Program-made: the position numbers and the translations under genes
NCBI GenBank assembly: GCA_000708835.1
Contig: DF237039.1
Coordinates: forward strand, 62,001 to 126,000
Length of the DNA: 64,000 bases
Direction of reading: 5' to 3'
Origin: Klebsormidium nitens
Lineage: Eukaryota > Plantae > Klebsormidiophyceae
The notes under the pieces: model-generated
What the model was told of the DNA's origin: nothing
The model's input: only the letters and a program-made list of their open reading frames with translations
Database searches by the model: none
Shown here: positions 36,501 to 47,935 of the stretch, one piece after another
How the letters are laid out: each line of letters starts with the position of its first letter
Numbering within the stretch: the first letter of the stretch is position 1

Positions 36501-39500
36501 GCAGGCACATGCAAGTTTTGGGAAGGGTTCGATAGATCGACCGCACTGTGGTTGCACCCCATTGGTCGAAGACCCACCAAGACGTGCCCAAACTTGTCTG
36601 CAGACAAAATATCCTGATTGGTTGACGTTTCAGACTCGTTGAATAATGTTTCAACTCGGTTAACCTGGGCCTGCTTTGCCGCTGCAGCCGGAGGACTGGG
36701 TTGACGAGGAGTGGATCGACGATCCGGAGGATACGAAGCCCGAGGTGAGGACCAACCATACTCTCGAGGGTTTGCAATTCGTGCTGTTATCTGTGTCGCT
36801 CCTTTCCCCAGTCTGTTGTGGGGCTCCATGTGGTTCCGTTCCGCGACGGTCGAGCACAATCTTTGTCTGTAATCTTTTTCGAACACATTCCCGCCTCATT
36901 GAAAGCTTAGCTCGTCAGGAAGGCACTGCTGCGATCTGGATGGCATGTTGCCCTTCAATCCAAAACCTACAAAGGTGAAAACTAGAATTCTGATGAAGCA
37001 CAAGAACATATCCTGAGCGGCTTGGTCTTGTGCAGGGCTATGACGACATCCCGAAGGAGACTGTCGACCCTGATGCGGAGAAGGTGAGCAAGAACTTTCA
37101 TTGGTGATTGCTGTTGGTGTTGGTGATAGGTGAATACACAATGTTTTTGTACTCTGCACTGTGTGCTTCAGCTTCTTTTGACGGTGTTAGGCAAAAGCTG
37201 CCGATTGCAAATTGAAGCTCAGAGCTAAGATCTGTATGTCGTCCGTTGCCGTCGCTTGTCGTTCAGATACTCTTTGCCTTCTCTGAAAAAGCAAGTGCTG
37301 CAGCGGTTCGGCTTGAATCGCTGTTCAAAAGTTGAAAAATGTCCTGATGCGGATCCCAATGTTCCGCAATTGGATCATGCAAATTCTAAACGGTGCTCTG
37401 CAGAATTGACGGAATGTGTCCCTTTCGCTAACAACGCTTTTGACCTCGAGTTGCGGCATCATCATACACAGGAACAGCTACTTGCACCAGCCTAAGCATC
37501 ATGTCAAGTTGAACACATCCTGCTGCAAGTACTCAAAAGAGGCCCGCAACCCCTCGATAAAACTCAAAACTTGAAACTTTGAGTTTCGAAAAGGCCCGCA
37601 AATCCTCGATAACCAAACCTTCGATTCTCGGAGTTATTCCATTTCCGGTTCCGTTCTCATTCCGTTTCCGGTTTGTGCAGCCGGACGTCTGAGATGACGA
37701 GGACGGCGGCGAGTGGGAAACAATTCCAGAAAGCCAGTAGATTCGCTATTCCAATCTTGGTTCTCATTCCGTTTTCCGATTCCGTCTGTGCAGCCAGACG
37801 TCTGAGATGACGAGGACGACGGCTAGTGGGAGGCGCCCATGATCCCCGACCCCGAGTACCAGTGCCCTTGGCAATCCCAGAAAGCTAGTAGATCCGCTAT
37901 TCCAAATCCGATTCTCATTCCGTTTTCCGTTTCCGGTCTGTGCAGCCGGACTGGGACGATGAGGAGGACGGCAGTGGGAGGTGCCCATGATCCCCAAGCG
38001 CGAATACCAGGGCTTTTGACAATCCCGGGAAGCCAGTACATTCCTGGTTCGAATTTTGATTCTCATTCCGTTTTCCGTTTCCGGTCTGTGCAGCCGGAAG
38101 ACTGGGACGACGAGGAGGACGGCGAGTGGGAAGCGCCCATGATTCCCAACCCCGAGTATCAGGGCCCCTGGTCGCCGAAAAAGGTCAAGAACCCCGCCTA
38201 CAAGGGCGTCTGGGCTGCGCCCCTCATCGACAACCCCGGTGGGTGCTACCTTCGTGCTGACGACTCTTTTGCTTCTATCTCTTTGAGCTGGGTTAGGTGG
38301 TTTCAGATTCTATCATGTGGGGGGAGACTGCCAAGACCCACCGAGAATCCATTGAAAACTTCTCTTTGGCACACTCCTGCACACCACTACAAGGGCGTCT
38401 GGCGGCGCCCCTTATTGGACTATCCCAGGGGGTGCCACCTTTTGCTGACTACTCGACTGTTTCGCATGTTGGGTATCACAAGTAGGAGGTGGCAACATCT
38501 TATGGCGACAACGGTGTCTTTTAGAGGAAAGCTGTGGCCGTTTTCTGGGCCGAAAATGCTGGTATACAATGGAGCGTGATTGGAAGGTGCCCTTTTCGTG
38601 GTGGACGAAACCAAGGAGTTGAACTTTCTTCAGAATATGCTTGAACCTGGACTTTCGGACGGTCATTGGGGCTTTCATTTCCACCGTGGCTGTGCACGCC
38701 GTGTCTTTCCGTATCGGGAAGTCTGCTTTTCCATCTCACAAGTCCTGTACATCAGGCCCTGAGAAGTGAGCGCGGCGCGTATGTTTCGGGCCTCCGGGAA
38801 ACTGAACTTATTCTTCTGGTGCTCAGATTTCGAGGACGACAAGGAGGTGTACAAGCTGCCCACCCTCAAGTACGTCGGCTTCGAGTTGTGGCAGGTGAGG
38901 TTCAATTTAAGCCCCAAAACAAGTATCAACTGTTATTTCCCCCGATTTTTTGCTCGAGTTTTGCGCCCAAGCTGGCGCAACTGTGTCTATGCTTCACGAG
39001 GGAGTCGATATTTCCCATATGCCTGACGTCCGCCTTCGAAACTGTGGTTGAGCATTAGCCGTCCGAAGACTTTTTCCTTAGTCATAAGAGAACAACACCG
39101 GCTTCGCTTTGGATTTTGAGAGGCTCGTGACTGGCTTCCAACAACAATCACCCTCCGTGCCAATGACTAATGCAGACCATCAGTTTTGAATCTGAAGCCT
39201 AACCCCGAAGGTCGCGAGTTGTTCGAAACACAAATAACATTGAGCTCTGCTCTGCAAGGTAGTATCCCGTGGCGGATGACGAGTCCGCCCTATCTACAGC
39301 ATACTGGTTGTAAAGCTTACTCCAATCCGAACCTTTGTTTGTGCAGGTCAAGAGCGGGTCGATCTTCGACAACATTCTGGTGACGGACGACGAGGATTAC
39401 GCGCGCAAGTTTGCGGAGAAGACGTGGGGGGCGTCCAAGGACAAGGAAAAGACGGCTTTCGAGAAGATTGAAGAAGAGGAGAAGAAGAAGCAAGAGGTGA

Positions 39501-40723
39501 GGGGCGGATGACTTCCGAACGGAGCGCTCGAACCTGTCCCAAAGTGTTTCCGGTCGACTTTGGTATTGTCGGTGTAGCAGGGCTTGAAGCTGGATTGCAA
39601 AAAGCTCTCCGTTCCGCGAAGGGACCAAGCCGAAGGCTGAAAGTGGGAATGCTTGATGCTGGGCGGTAGCCTTGAATTTTGGATGCATTTGCAATACGCG
39701 CGCAAAGAAAATACATGATTGAGATAGACAGGGGCTGTGGCATTATGAGATGCTTTGCGACGTTCAGCACGGGATCGCACATCCCCTGCGCTTGTTCCGT
39801 TGTCATCTCATTCGGCATGAGCTCAGTGAGAGGACAGGATGGAAAGAAGGTCCTCGGCGCAATCTGTCTTTCCTCAAGCTGCACGCGGCAAGAGCCCTCA
39901 GACCAGGCTCTATTTGAGACATCCCCCAATCCTAGTTACAAAGCCCAGAACTGTGTACTTCGCGCACTTTCAGGAGGAGAGGAAAGCTGCTGAAGAGGCG
40001 GCGCCCCCGGAGGCTGACGAGGCCGAGGAGCCAGAAGATGAAGACGACGAGGAAGATTTCATCGTGAGTTTTCAAGAAGCTTCGTTAACGCTAGTTCCAC
40101 ATCCCGGTAGCCTTTTTCTTTTCCTTGTACCGCAGAGAAGTTTGCGAAGGACACCGCACAGACTGTCTGCTTCTCGTTGTGTTTCGTTCTGGCAACTTGC
40201 TGAAAGCTTTCATCGACGTTCACCATGGATGGGAACGGGAAGAAGTTGTCATTTGTTCTGGGCTTGCCGGTTCCCTTTCAGCGTGTTCTGCTCGGACGAG
40301 CAACGAAGGGGATGTCTTTCATCGTTATTGTCAACCAGCTCTGTAAGTCTATCATAGGAGCGGCTTCACAGCCTTCAGCCAGCACAGAAAATCAGCCTCC
40401 TTCGTATCCTTCATAAACCCCAAAGATTTCAAGAGCAGATTACGATTACTCTTTGATTCCGATCGTCGTCTCTTTAGTACCTAGTGCGGTGTTCAATCGG
40501 CGGTAAAGAGTGCGGAGACGCGTGCTCAGGGGACCATCACATATCGTGCTTCACCAAGCCACGGAGCCCTTTAGTGGCCTGACTTTTTCCCCCAGTACAT
40601 CCTTCTAAGCAGTTTCCTACCCACGTGCCCGGAGTGCTTCTTGGCAAGCCTTCCGAACCAATCGTTCCAATGGTCTGACTGCGTGCGTTTACCATTTTGC
40701 AGGATCTGAAGGACGAGCTCTAG
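33566..40723 (+). CDS. CRT: Calreticulin; exons 33566-33659, 34290-34400, 35246-35438, 35841-36099, 36688-36744, 37036-37083, 38094-38238, 38827-38894, 39347-39496, 39974-40063, 40703-40723; about 411 aa
   Basis: Signal peptide then KVYFEEKFD; [45 protein letters not shown]-domain KPEDW repeats, [35 protein letters not shown], acidic tail, C-terminal DLKDEL; exon sum 1236 nt in frame. Confidence 0.98.
35676..35723 (+). repeat. Decayed intronic copy of the calreticulin exon-4 acceptor and first codons
   Basis: ccttctcttgccatcatctgtttttggccccaatgtgagcggctacacc versus real ctctcccag|catcatgttcggccccgacatctgcggctacacg about 150 bp downstream; AG lost in the copy. Confidence 0.7.
37640..38140 (+). 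repeat. Four-unit 113-152 bp tandem array: three pseudo-copies of the calreticulin exon-7 acceptor plus exon start
   Basis: ttctcattccgtt..ccg.t.tgtgcag|cc.ga...gatgacgaggac... with AG ending at 37680, 37793, 37945 and real 38093; the first two copies read CCN GAC GTC TGA and the third has a 1-nt deletion leading to TGA. Confidence 0.95.
38387..38454 (+). repeat. Decayed intronic copy of the calreticulin exon-7 3' end and donor
   Basis: ctacaagggcgtctggcggcgccccttattggactatcccagggggtgccacct versus real ctacaagggcgtctgggctgcgcccctcatcgacaaccccg|gtgggtgctacct (38198 on); offset 189 bp; GT destroyed. Confidence 0.9.
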
Positions 40724-42218
40724 ACTTTGCAAACGCTAATCAAGCTACGGAGCCGCCTATGCAACCGCCTTTGTAGCGGTGCACTTCAGAGTACGTCGTC
40801 GTTGTTGTGAGGTATACGCAACTGTTTATCGAGAGTCTGGGCCACGTACAGCACACGCTGGGGAACGGGTTGCCAACGACCGCAAACTTGGATTACACTA
40901 GGTACATCAACCTTGTTACGGACAGCCAATATCAGAGATGTGATGTTTGTCAACTGCACTGGCAACAGCGTTGAGTGAGCATAAGATGTCTGAAAAGGTC
41001 CATTGCGGATGCACGATCGGGCTATGTCCGAAGATGGTCGTCTCTCGCATGCTCGCCATAGCTAATAGGCCATATGCTTCGTCGCATACATGTGTGAGTG
41101 TTAATGATAGTCCTCCGATCTGCTTTCAACTAGCTGTCGTTGAACTTCCTGCACATGCAGGACTCCGCGTATACCAAGAGTAATTCTTAATGACAGCTTC
41201 CTAGGACCGCCCGCGTCACTGTTAATTGCATGAGCCTACACCGTCAGCCGCATGGGCGGGCCTGTGTTCGATATCCAAAATTAACCTGCCGCGGCCGCGA
41301 CCTAACCACACTCAATTAAACTTCAGCGAACATCAAACTTGTGAACTTCAGTCGGGATGCATCGATCACTGGGCCATCATTGCATGAACGCGTTTGAGGG
41401 CCCTCATTGAGCCCTAAGCTTATATGATGGGAGCATCAAATGCATATACGTTTGCATCGAGCGCAGAGACGTACGTGTCGAATATAAGAACCCGGCACGA
41501 TGTGCAGGCCCGGATTGACAACCTAGACAGGATTATTTGATAGTCTACATTGGATTTTAGATCATTTCATGCACCCTGTTTCCAGAGTTGTTTTCACGGC
41601 CTTATCCCCCGCGGTACTTCTGCACTATAGGGCCAGAAGGTCGCTTTTCAGCCCTTAACCTGAATTGAAGAGCTATTCTCTACAGGGATCGGTTTTGTGT
41701 AAACCCGTTGAGTATACCTCCATGATTACTTTCCATCTTATACTATCTTGTCAAGCTGTCTGATTACATCACCTTGTCCGCGCAGATCATCAGACTCGCG
41801 AATCCTAAACAGTCACAAGAGTTGACAAACGAACACAATGCAAGTGCACTGATATTGCACGCATGTACTTCCGCTCAGTACAGTGTCTGGCTTTGACGGA
41901 GATCATATAGAACCCAAGAATGTATCCATGTACCGTAATGTGTGGCAATGTCTTTCCCGGCGAGCTGGTGCGTCCTTGACGTTACGCGCTCCGTTTGAGG
42001 GACATTATGTGAAGACTGCTCTGAAACCAAGTTACGTATACGTTCAGTTGTCCCGACTCCGAAGCCCCAACCTAAAAAGATGTCTTTGTGATCCTCTTGA
42101 ATCGAGCGAATTTCAAGCGTATATATACCGTGACCTGATGCAGAACATGCAGCTCCAAGCGTGATAATATTCAACGACGACACCATCGTGGCCAAAGCTG
42201 AACCGTCTGTAATAATGC

Positions 42219-45200
42219 TCATTTCTTCTTCTTGGGGCTTTTCTTGCCCCCTTTCTTCTTGTCACCCTTTCCTTTCTTCCCCTTCTTCTTCCCCGCTCCT
42301 GCTTGCCGCCGCACCCGATACCCCCGGTAGACCGCCTGAATCTTGATCACGGACCGTGTTCGCTTCTCCAGTTCGCCCAGCTCTTCTAGCGTCATCTCCC
42401 GGTTTGCGCGCGCGTGCCCCTCGCTCTCCAGCTTCTGCGCGGCCGTGTCGCGGTTGTACCTGCACGGACACGTGGCAGGCAGGTCATCATTCCAGTGTCA
42501 GACCGCTCGGCAATCCACAAGAATGTCCTTCCTCTCTCTTTGCGCGGTTACTTTACCGTTCGGCGTCTCGCCTTTCAGCGACCGCCTCTTATTACTGAGA
42601 GCCGATGGGAGTACGCGACCGTCACACGTCATAGTTTTGCGGGTGACTTTCCCTCGCTCCCTTCGTTTGCGACCTTATTAACTTCAAACAGGAGTCGCAT
42701 CTATGATGCAACCTCTGAGCCTTTTCTCATCGGGCTCGAATAAGAAGTCCGGCTACTTTCCTCCCCTCTCTAGTTCTCAATACGGAGACCTTCAGCCTCG
42801 AAATTGAATGCGTCATCAGACATACCCTTTCTGCCAAACAGTCTTTGTCCGGCCAACCTCCTCAAAACACGGGACGACTGCAGACCCTCCTCTAAACTCT
42901 ATCAGAGACTTGCGATGTGTCAGGAAGACTGCACTTCCCCCTGGATTGCCGCAACTCGCTCAGTACACTCTCCGGCGGGCGACTGTCAGCTCAGACCCCG
43001 TCGAATGAAGTTTTTGTTCCGGACGCGTCCGCACACCACTTTCAAGAGGAGCGTTAGAAAACACGTTCCGTCCGGCGACAGTATGACCAAAACTTCTCTT
43101 TCACAGTCGCCCACAAGTTCCACTCTGGTCGACATTCGCGGCGACAAGGAGTCGGTAATTTGTATTTTAAGGTCGCCCAGAATTCAGCTGCCCCCGCCCA
43201 CCTGTCTTCGAGCTCCAGCATGGTGCTCAGGTCCTGCTGCTTGATCTCCTTGAGCACTTCTGTCTCCCGGTCTAGTTTCTGCGTGTCCTGCTCGTGCTTG
43301 CCCGCCCACCGGAGCGCCTCCTCGCGCATCTGTCCCGTGCGCGCGCGCAGGAACGCCGCTGTCTCCTCGTGCGCCTTCTTTTCAATCTGCGGAGGCAGAC
43401 AAGTATCAACGGAGTACTTGAAGGATTACCGCACTCTGCTCTGAGGAAGAACGAGTTCCTTGTCTGACGTTGAATTAATCTCTTCCAGTGTTGTTCTTTG
43501 ACAGTTGGCAGTCCTAGAGTTGACCTGGATCTGGTTTCTCTAACAAAGGGATGTTTGGAGCGGCTGTTCTAGAGTTTGTGCTTTTCATACGCTGGTAGAT
43601 GCAGCACGGATTAGTAGTCAATATTTCAAGCCTACCCATCGGTTCTACTGCTAGCAAAACAGCCCAGCGTGCTAAAACGTAATCAGTTCGAGCACATCGA
43701 GTAGACCATCCGGAAACGCGTTTTGGGCATCCTGAACTGCAGATGCATTCATCGATTTACGAGCCGCTTACCTCGATGAAGGCTTTTAACTTCGCCACGT
43801 CATCCTCCAGCTGTCCCAGCCGCTCCGAGCGCACGCGCGCGGTGCAGTCCGCGCTCGCGGACGCTTCTTTCACTAGGTACCTGAAGACAGGATTTTGGGG
43901 GTTGGGATTTGGCTCTCAAGCTGCTGCGGCTGCTCTGCCGCTCATTCGTTCCCCATTTCCGGATCCTGATGCGGTCGAATACGCTATCGACCAAGTCGTA
44001 TGATGGAAGTGCTAGCAACGGACGTATGCAGATTCTGATTGACGTGACATGGGCATCTAGCCGAAAAGGCGACATCTGCCGATGCAATGGAGTGATAAGG
44101 AAAGCGTACTTGACGTTTTGAGAAGCTGTGCAGATGCACTTTACCGCGAAACAAGTCTGTATAGCTCCACTCGGGACTCAAAACACGACAATCATGATGA
44201 CAGTATGTCTCGAGAGCCAATCATAGCAGCTTCACGAGGACAAACAATCGGAAATTTCTTTCACATCGACTCTGCTCTGGTTATGTTCTTGATCAATCCA
44301 AGCTTGATTTTTCTTCTCACGATGGTGCGTTTAGAAACGTCACTGAACCGACTCACCCACTGTGAAAGCAGACTCTCAACGATATGAGGGCCATACCTTA
44401 TTAAAGTTCAACGATACGAGTCTCTAGAAGCAGGATTCCCTAGGATTACCGCGTCTACGCCGCGGTAGTGGTTTGGTTTTTCCCTCCACTTTCCATCTTT
44501 TCGCGTTCAACGCTTCCCAACAATGTCACCAAACCGTCTCACCCATTGTGACCATGTGAACGATGTGAGGCCTGAACGAACATTCCGTCCTTTTTTCTCC
44601 AGAGCTCAATAAGAATGAAGGCTTCAGGCTTACCGCGACTCCGCCCCGGTGGTGGTTTTGATCTCCTTGAGGCTCGCCTTAAGCTCCGCAAGCGCCTCCG
44701 TCCGCTTGGCCACGTCTTCCTCGTGGTGCTTCTTGTCCGCCTTCACCTGCGCGCGCATCGCCTTCACCGCACTGCTCTTGGCCTGCGCGCGCGAAGGTTC
44801 CATAGAAGTCTGTCAGGCGCTCATTCTACGAACGTGTCAAAGTACAAGGTGCGCAAGCATGTGATGCAATCCCCGCGCCTTATTCTACGCGCGCATTCGC
44901 TTTGACGGCACCACTCATGGCGCGCGCGCACACGCTTTGACGGCGCTGCTCCTGGCGCGCAACTGAAATGAGCACGGCTTCTTGAACCTTCTTTTTTGAT
45001 AGGTTCTGACAGCTGCAACCGTTCCTCGAAGTCGCATAGTCTGGCGCCTGTGAAAGAATTCACGTGACCTCCTGATTCGCTGCGCAACCTCTGTCGCCCT
45101 CTTCCTCTCCATCACAAATTGGTTTGAGTCAGACGCAATCCAATGGGGAACATAAAATCTAGAGATTTGTATGTGCTCACGCACAGCTCGACGAACTGCA

Positions 45201-47935
45201 ACTTGACAGAGTCACAATCGTACATGGATTGACTCCACAAGGCCGCAGATCCCACGAACTAGAACCGGAAGATTTTTTCAGACTCCTACCTTCTCCTTGG
45301 CGACCAGCTCTCGAGACTCCCGTTCCGCGCGCTCTTCTTCCGCTAGATAGTCAATGAGCGACGTGAACGTTCCGCTGGCCTCGATCTGCGAACGGAGCGC
45401 GAAAGGTAAGGTTCAGATTCGGGGACTGCTAGTGAGCATACTTTACGAAGTATGTCTGGTTCTGTGGATAGCTACGAACTCTTGCTCTGGGAAAACGTTT
45501 TTCGCTAAAGTGCGTGCACCTCGTGCGGGGGCTAGCAAGCCTTGCACTCCGCGGTCCGGGCAAGGACTCCCCGCGAAGTGCGGGAATACGTGTCTCAACT
45601 TCTTGTATAGGAAATGAGAAACACGAGGTGCGAACATTTGAGAAAGGCGAAACAACCGGTTATTTTTAGAACGTCAACAACCGTTTTCGCACCTCGTGCG
45701 CTGCTTGGCGATCAGCACCTGCAGTTCGCGTTCGATCAAGGACTCCCTGTCGGGAAAGGCAATTCATTCTGTGCGAGAAAGATCAGGGAAGTCGATGCTC
45801 AGGGCAACAAGCAGCGCGCGCGCACCTCTTGCGCGCTCTTGGTGTGCAAGTCCTGCAGTCCGCGGTTCGGGCGAGGACTCCCTGCCGAAAAAAGGAGATA
45901 TAAAACGTGCGAAAAGAGAAGGGCAATTCACGTGACCAGGGCAACAAGCGGGGCGCGCGCACCTCGTGCGCGGTTTTGGCGAGCAGCGCCTGCAGCTTGG
46001 CGCGCTCCGCGTGCACGCGCGCCATGTTGTCCTGCACGTTGGGGCTGTCCTGCAGGTTGCGCTTCAGCCGCTTCGTGCTCTCGCGCAGCGCCTCCTGCAC
46101 CGCGTGCAGCTCGTCCTCGTTCTGCGCGGGAGAAAACACACGCGATCAGAAGTGCGACGTCAGCAACGGAGAAAAGGCGATGTCGGCTCGCGGCGTGCGT
46201 GGAGGGAGTTGGTGCGACGTGAGTTTTGTCTGATTTTAAAGTAACTGGACCTACCCATCGGAGGTCCACGTTCCGTGAGAGCGGTAGTGAGATGTTTATT
46301 GCAGAGTTCCTGCAACAACCAACTATGATTCACATACCAACAAGCACTGCCGTTCAGATGGACCACGAGATGATGAACAGCTATGACGAAGCGTATAATA
46401 AAGATTGAACCTCAGTAAACTTCGGATGATCGTTGGTGTTGAATAGTAGGGGCCAACGTTTCTCACGGGCCAATCTTGCTGCGCTTTCAGGGTTATAAGG
46501 ACATGCGGGGCCGGACCTCCAAACGAAAGAGTCAACTCTGGACACAAGCATTGCAGTCCCGGAGACCACGTCTCATGGGGCTAGTCCGTCTGGATCCGGA
46601 CAGAGAACGACGCTTCCTGGGAGAAGAAGGGCGGAGAAAACACTCCACTTAGACAAGCATTGCCAGGTCTACCACCTCTCAAATCTGCCTGCTAAGTCGG
46701 ACGACACTTCTAGTTATTTGCAAACAACTGCGACGGTCAGGAAGTGTCCGAACGTTGAAGCCCACCTCCTTGAGCTTGTTCTTATTGGGCATGGTTCGCA
46801 GCACGGCGCGCGCCGCCACAAGCGCCTCGAAGCGCTGCTCGAGCTCCTTTTGCTCCTCCATTGCGCGCGTGATTTCGCTGCCCTGCGTCCGTGACATCGC
46901 CTCTGCCTACAAGCAAGGGGTAGGCTTTGTATGACCTTGAAAGTAACTGATCAAAGATACGGCTACGTTTCTTCATAAGCACAAGGCTTTGGAACAGGAG
47001 GTAAAATCAAAATATTTCATTCATGATGACCCACTTTATCCCCTGAAAAGGAACCTCGATGGTGGGTGATGGACAGGAGTTGGAGCGGACTGAAAGTTCA
47101 AGCACAATGGGGTCCCACCCTAAACCACTCACTAAGCCCACTGTTACAGTACGAGCTCCTTCTGACTGCCGCACCTTCTTACTTTCAGAGTTGATCTCGG
47201 TTCCAACTAGTTTGATGTAAGCGGTTCTGAAGGCAAGGTAAGTTGAGTCTTGCCAGCAGGACACCGTTGTCATATCTTCCCTGATGCTGTCCTTCCTGGC
47301 CGCCTGTCTTAGCGGCTCACTCAAAACTCATCAATGTGAGGGGTAAGAATTTCTTGGTTTCAGCTGCGAGCTCATTCATAAGCAATTTCCAGCTCCTACC
47401 TGTTGCTGCCCCATCCGCATCTACCTATTGCAACATGCACCTTGATTGAGAATTCTATCCCCAGTGGCTCGGCCAGCTGTCACCTAACATTAGCTTTCCT
47501 TCCCTCATGCACGTCTTTCGTCCTCTCTTCCCTCCTCCTCTCCTGGCTCGCGAGCTTGCCACTTTCCGCACAACACGTGGACATAAACGACAAAGACTTC
47601 ACCTGCACCGATACATCCGTGTTGATCACCGCCAGCAGCGCCAGCCGCTCCAGCGCGCCCTGTATCACACCGCACGCCTGCGCGGCCTCAACCACATCCA
47701 GAATATCCCCTCCGCTCGCCGCCGCTTCCGCAACCAGGTCTTGCAACGTGTCCTCCGGTAAGGGCTCCCGCGCAGCGAGCTTGATCGATCGTCGGGACAT
47801 TTCCGAGAAGGGCGAGAGGGGGCCATCGGAGCCCGGGCTGAGGGGGGGGGACGAGGCCAGATCGGGCGTTGCCCGGGCGTTGTTGGCGGAGGTGTCAAGG
47901 CTCAGGGCCGCAAACGGGGGGGTCAGGGGGCCCAT
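42219..47935 (-). CDS. IQCG: Dynein regulatory complex subunit 9 / IQCG (flagellar coiled-coil protein with C-terminal IQ motif); exons 47935-47603, 46906-46766, 46121-45963, 45385-45290, 44782-44634, 43880-43772, 43386-43202, 42459-42219; about 470 aa
   Basis: Coiled coil ...EIEASGTFTSLIDYL...ELKASLKEIKTTTGAESRYL...IEKKAHEETAAFLR...WAGKHEQDT, then SVIKIQAVYRGYRVRRQ and a K/G-rich tail; the order of blocks fits recalled IQCG better than IQCD; exon sum 1413 nt in frame. Confidence 0.85.
44895..44965 (-). repeat. Two decayed copies of the DRC9 exon-5 start region in the upstream intron
   Basis: Plus-strand gctttgacggcaccactcatggcgcgcg and gctttgacggcgctgctcctggcgcgc resemble the real ccttcaccgcactgctcttggcctgcgcgcg (44761-44790). 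Confidence 0.55.
45505..45985 (-). repeat. Four-unit 133-173 bp array: three copies of the DRC9 exon-3 3' end plus donor
   Basis: Plus-strand cacctc(g/t)tgcg at 45517, 45690, 45823 and real 45960; shared agggcaacaagc...gcgcgcgcacctc and aggactccc blocks; all copies keep GAG|GTGC on the minus strand. Confidence 0.9.

Noticed and set aside
37839-38579. 246-aa ORF as a separate calreticulin-like gene
   Set aside because: It is a read-through of intronic echo units, true exon 7 and the following intron.
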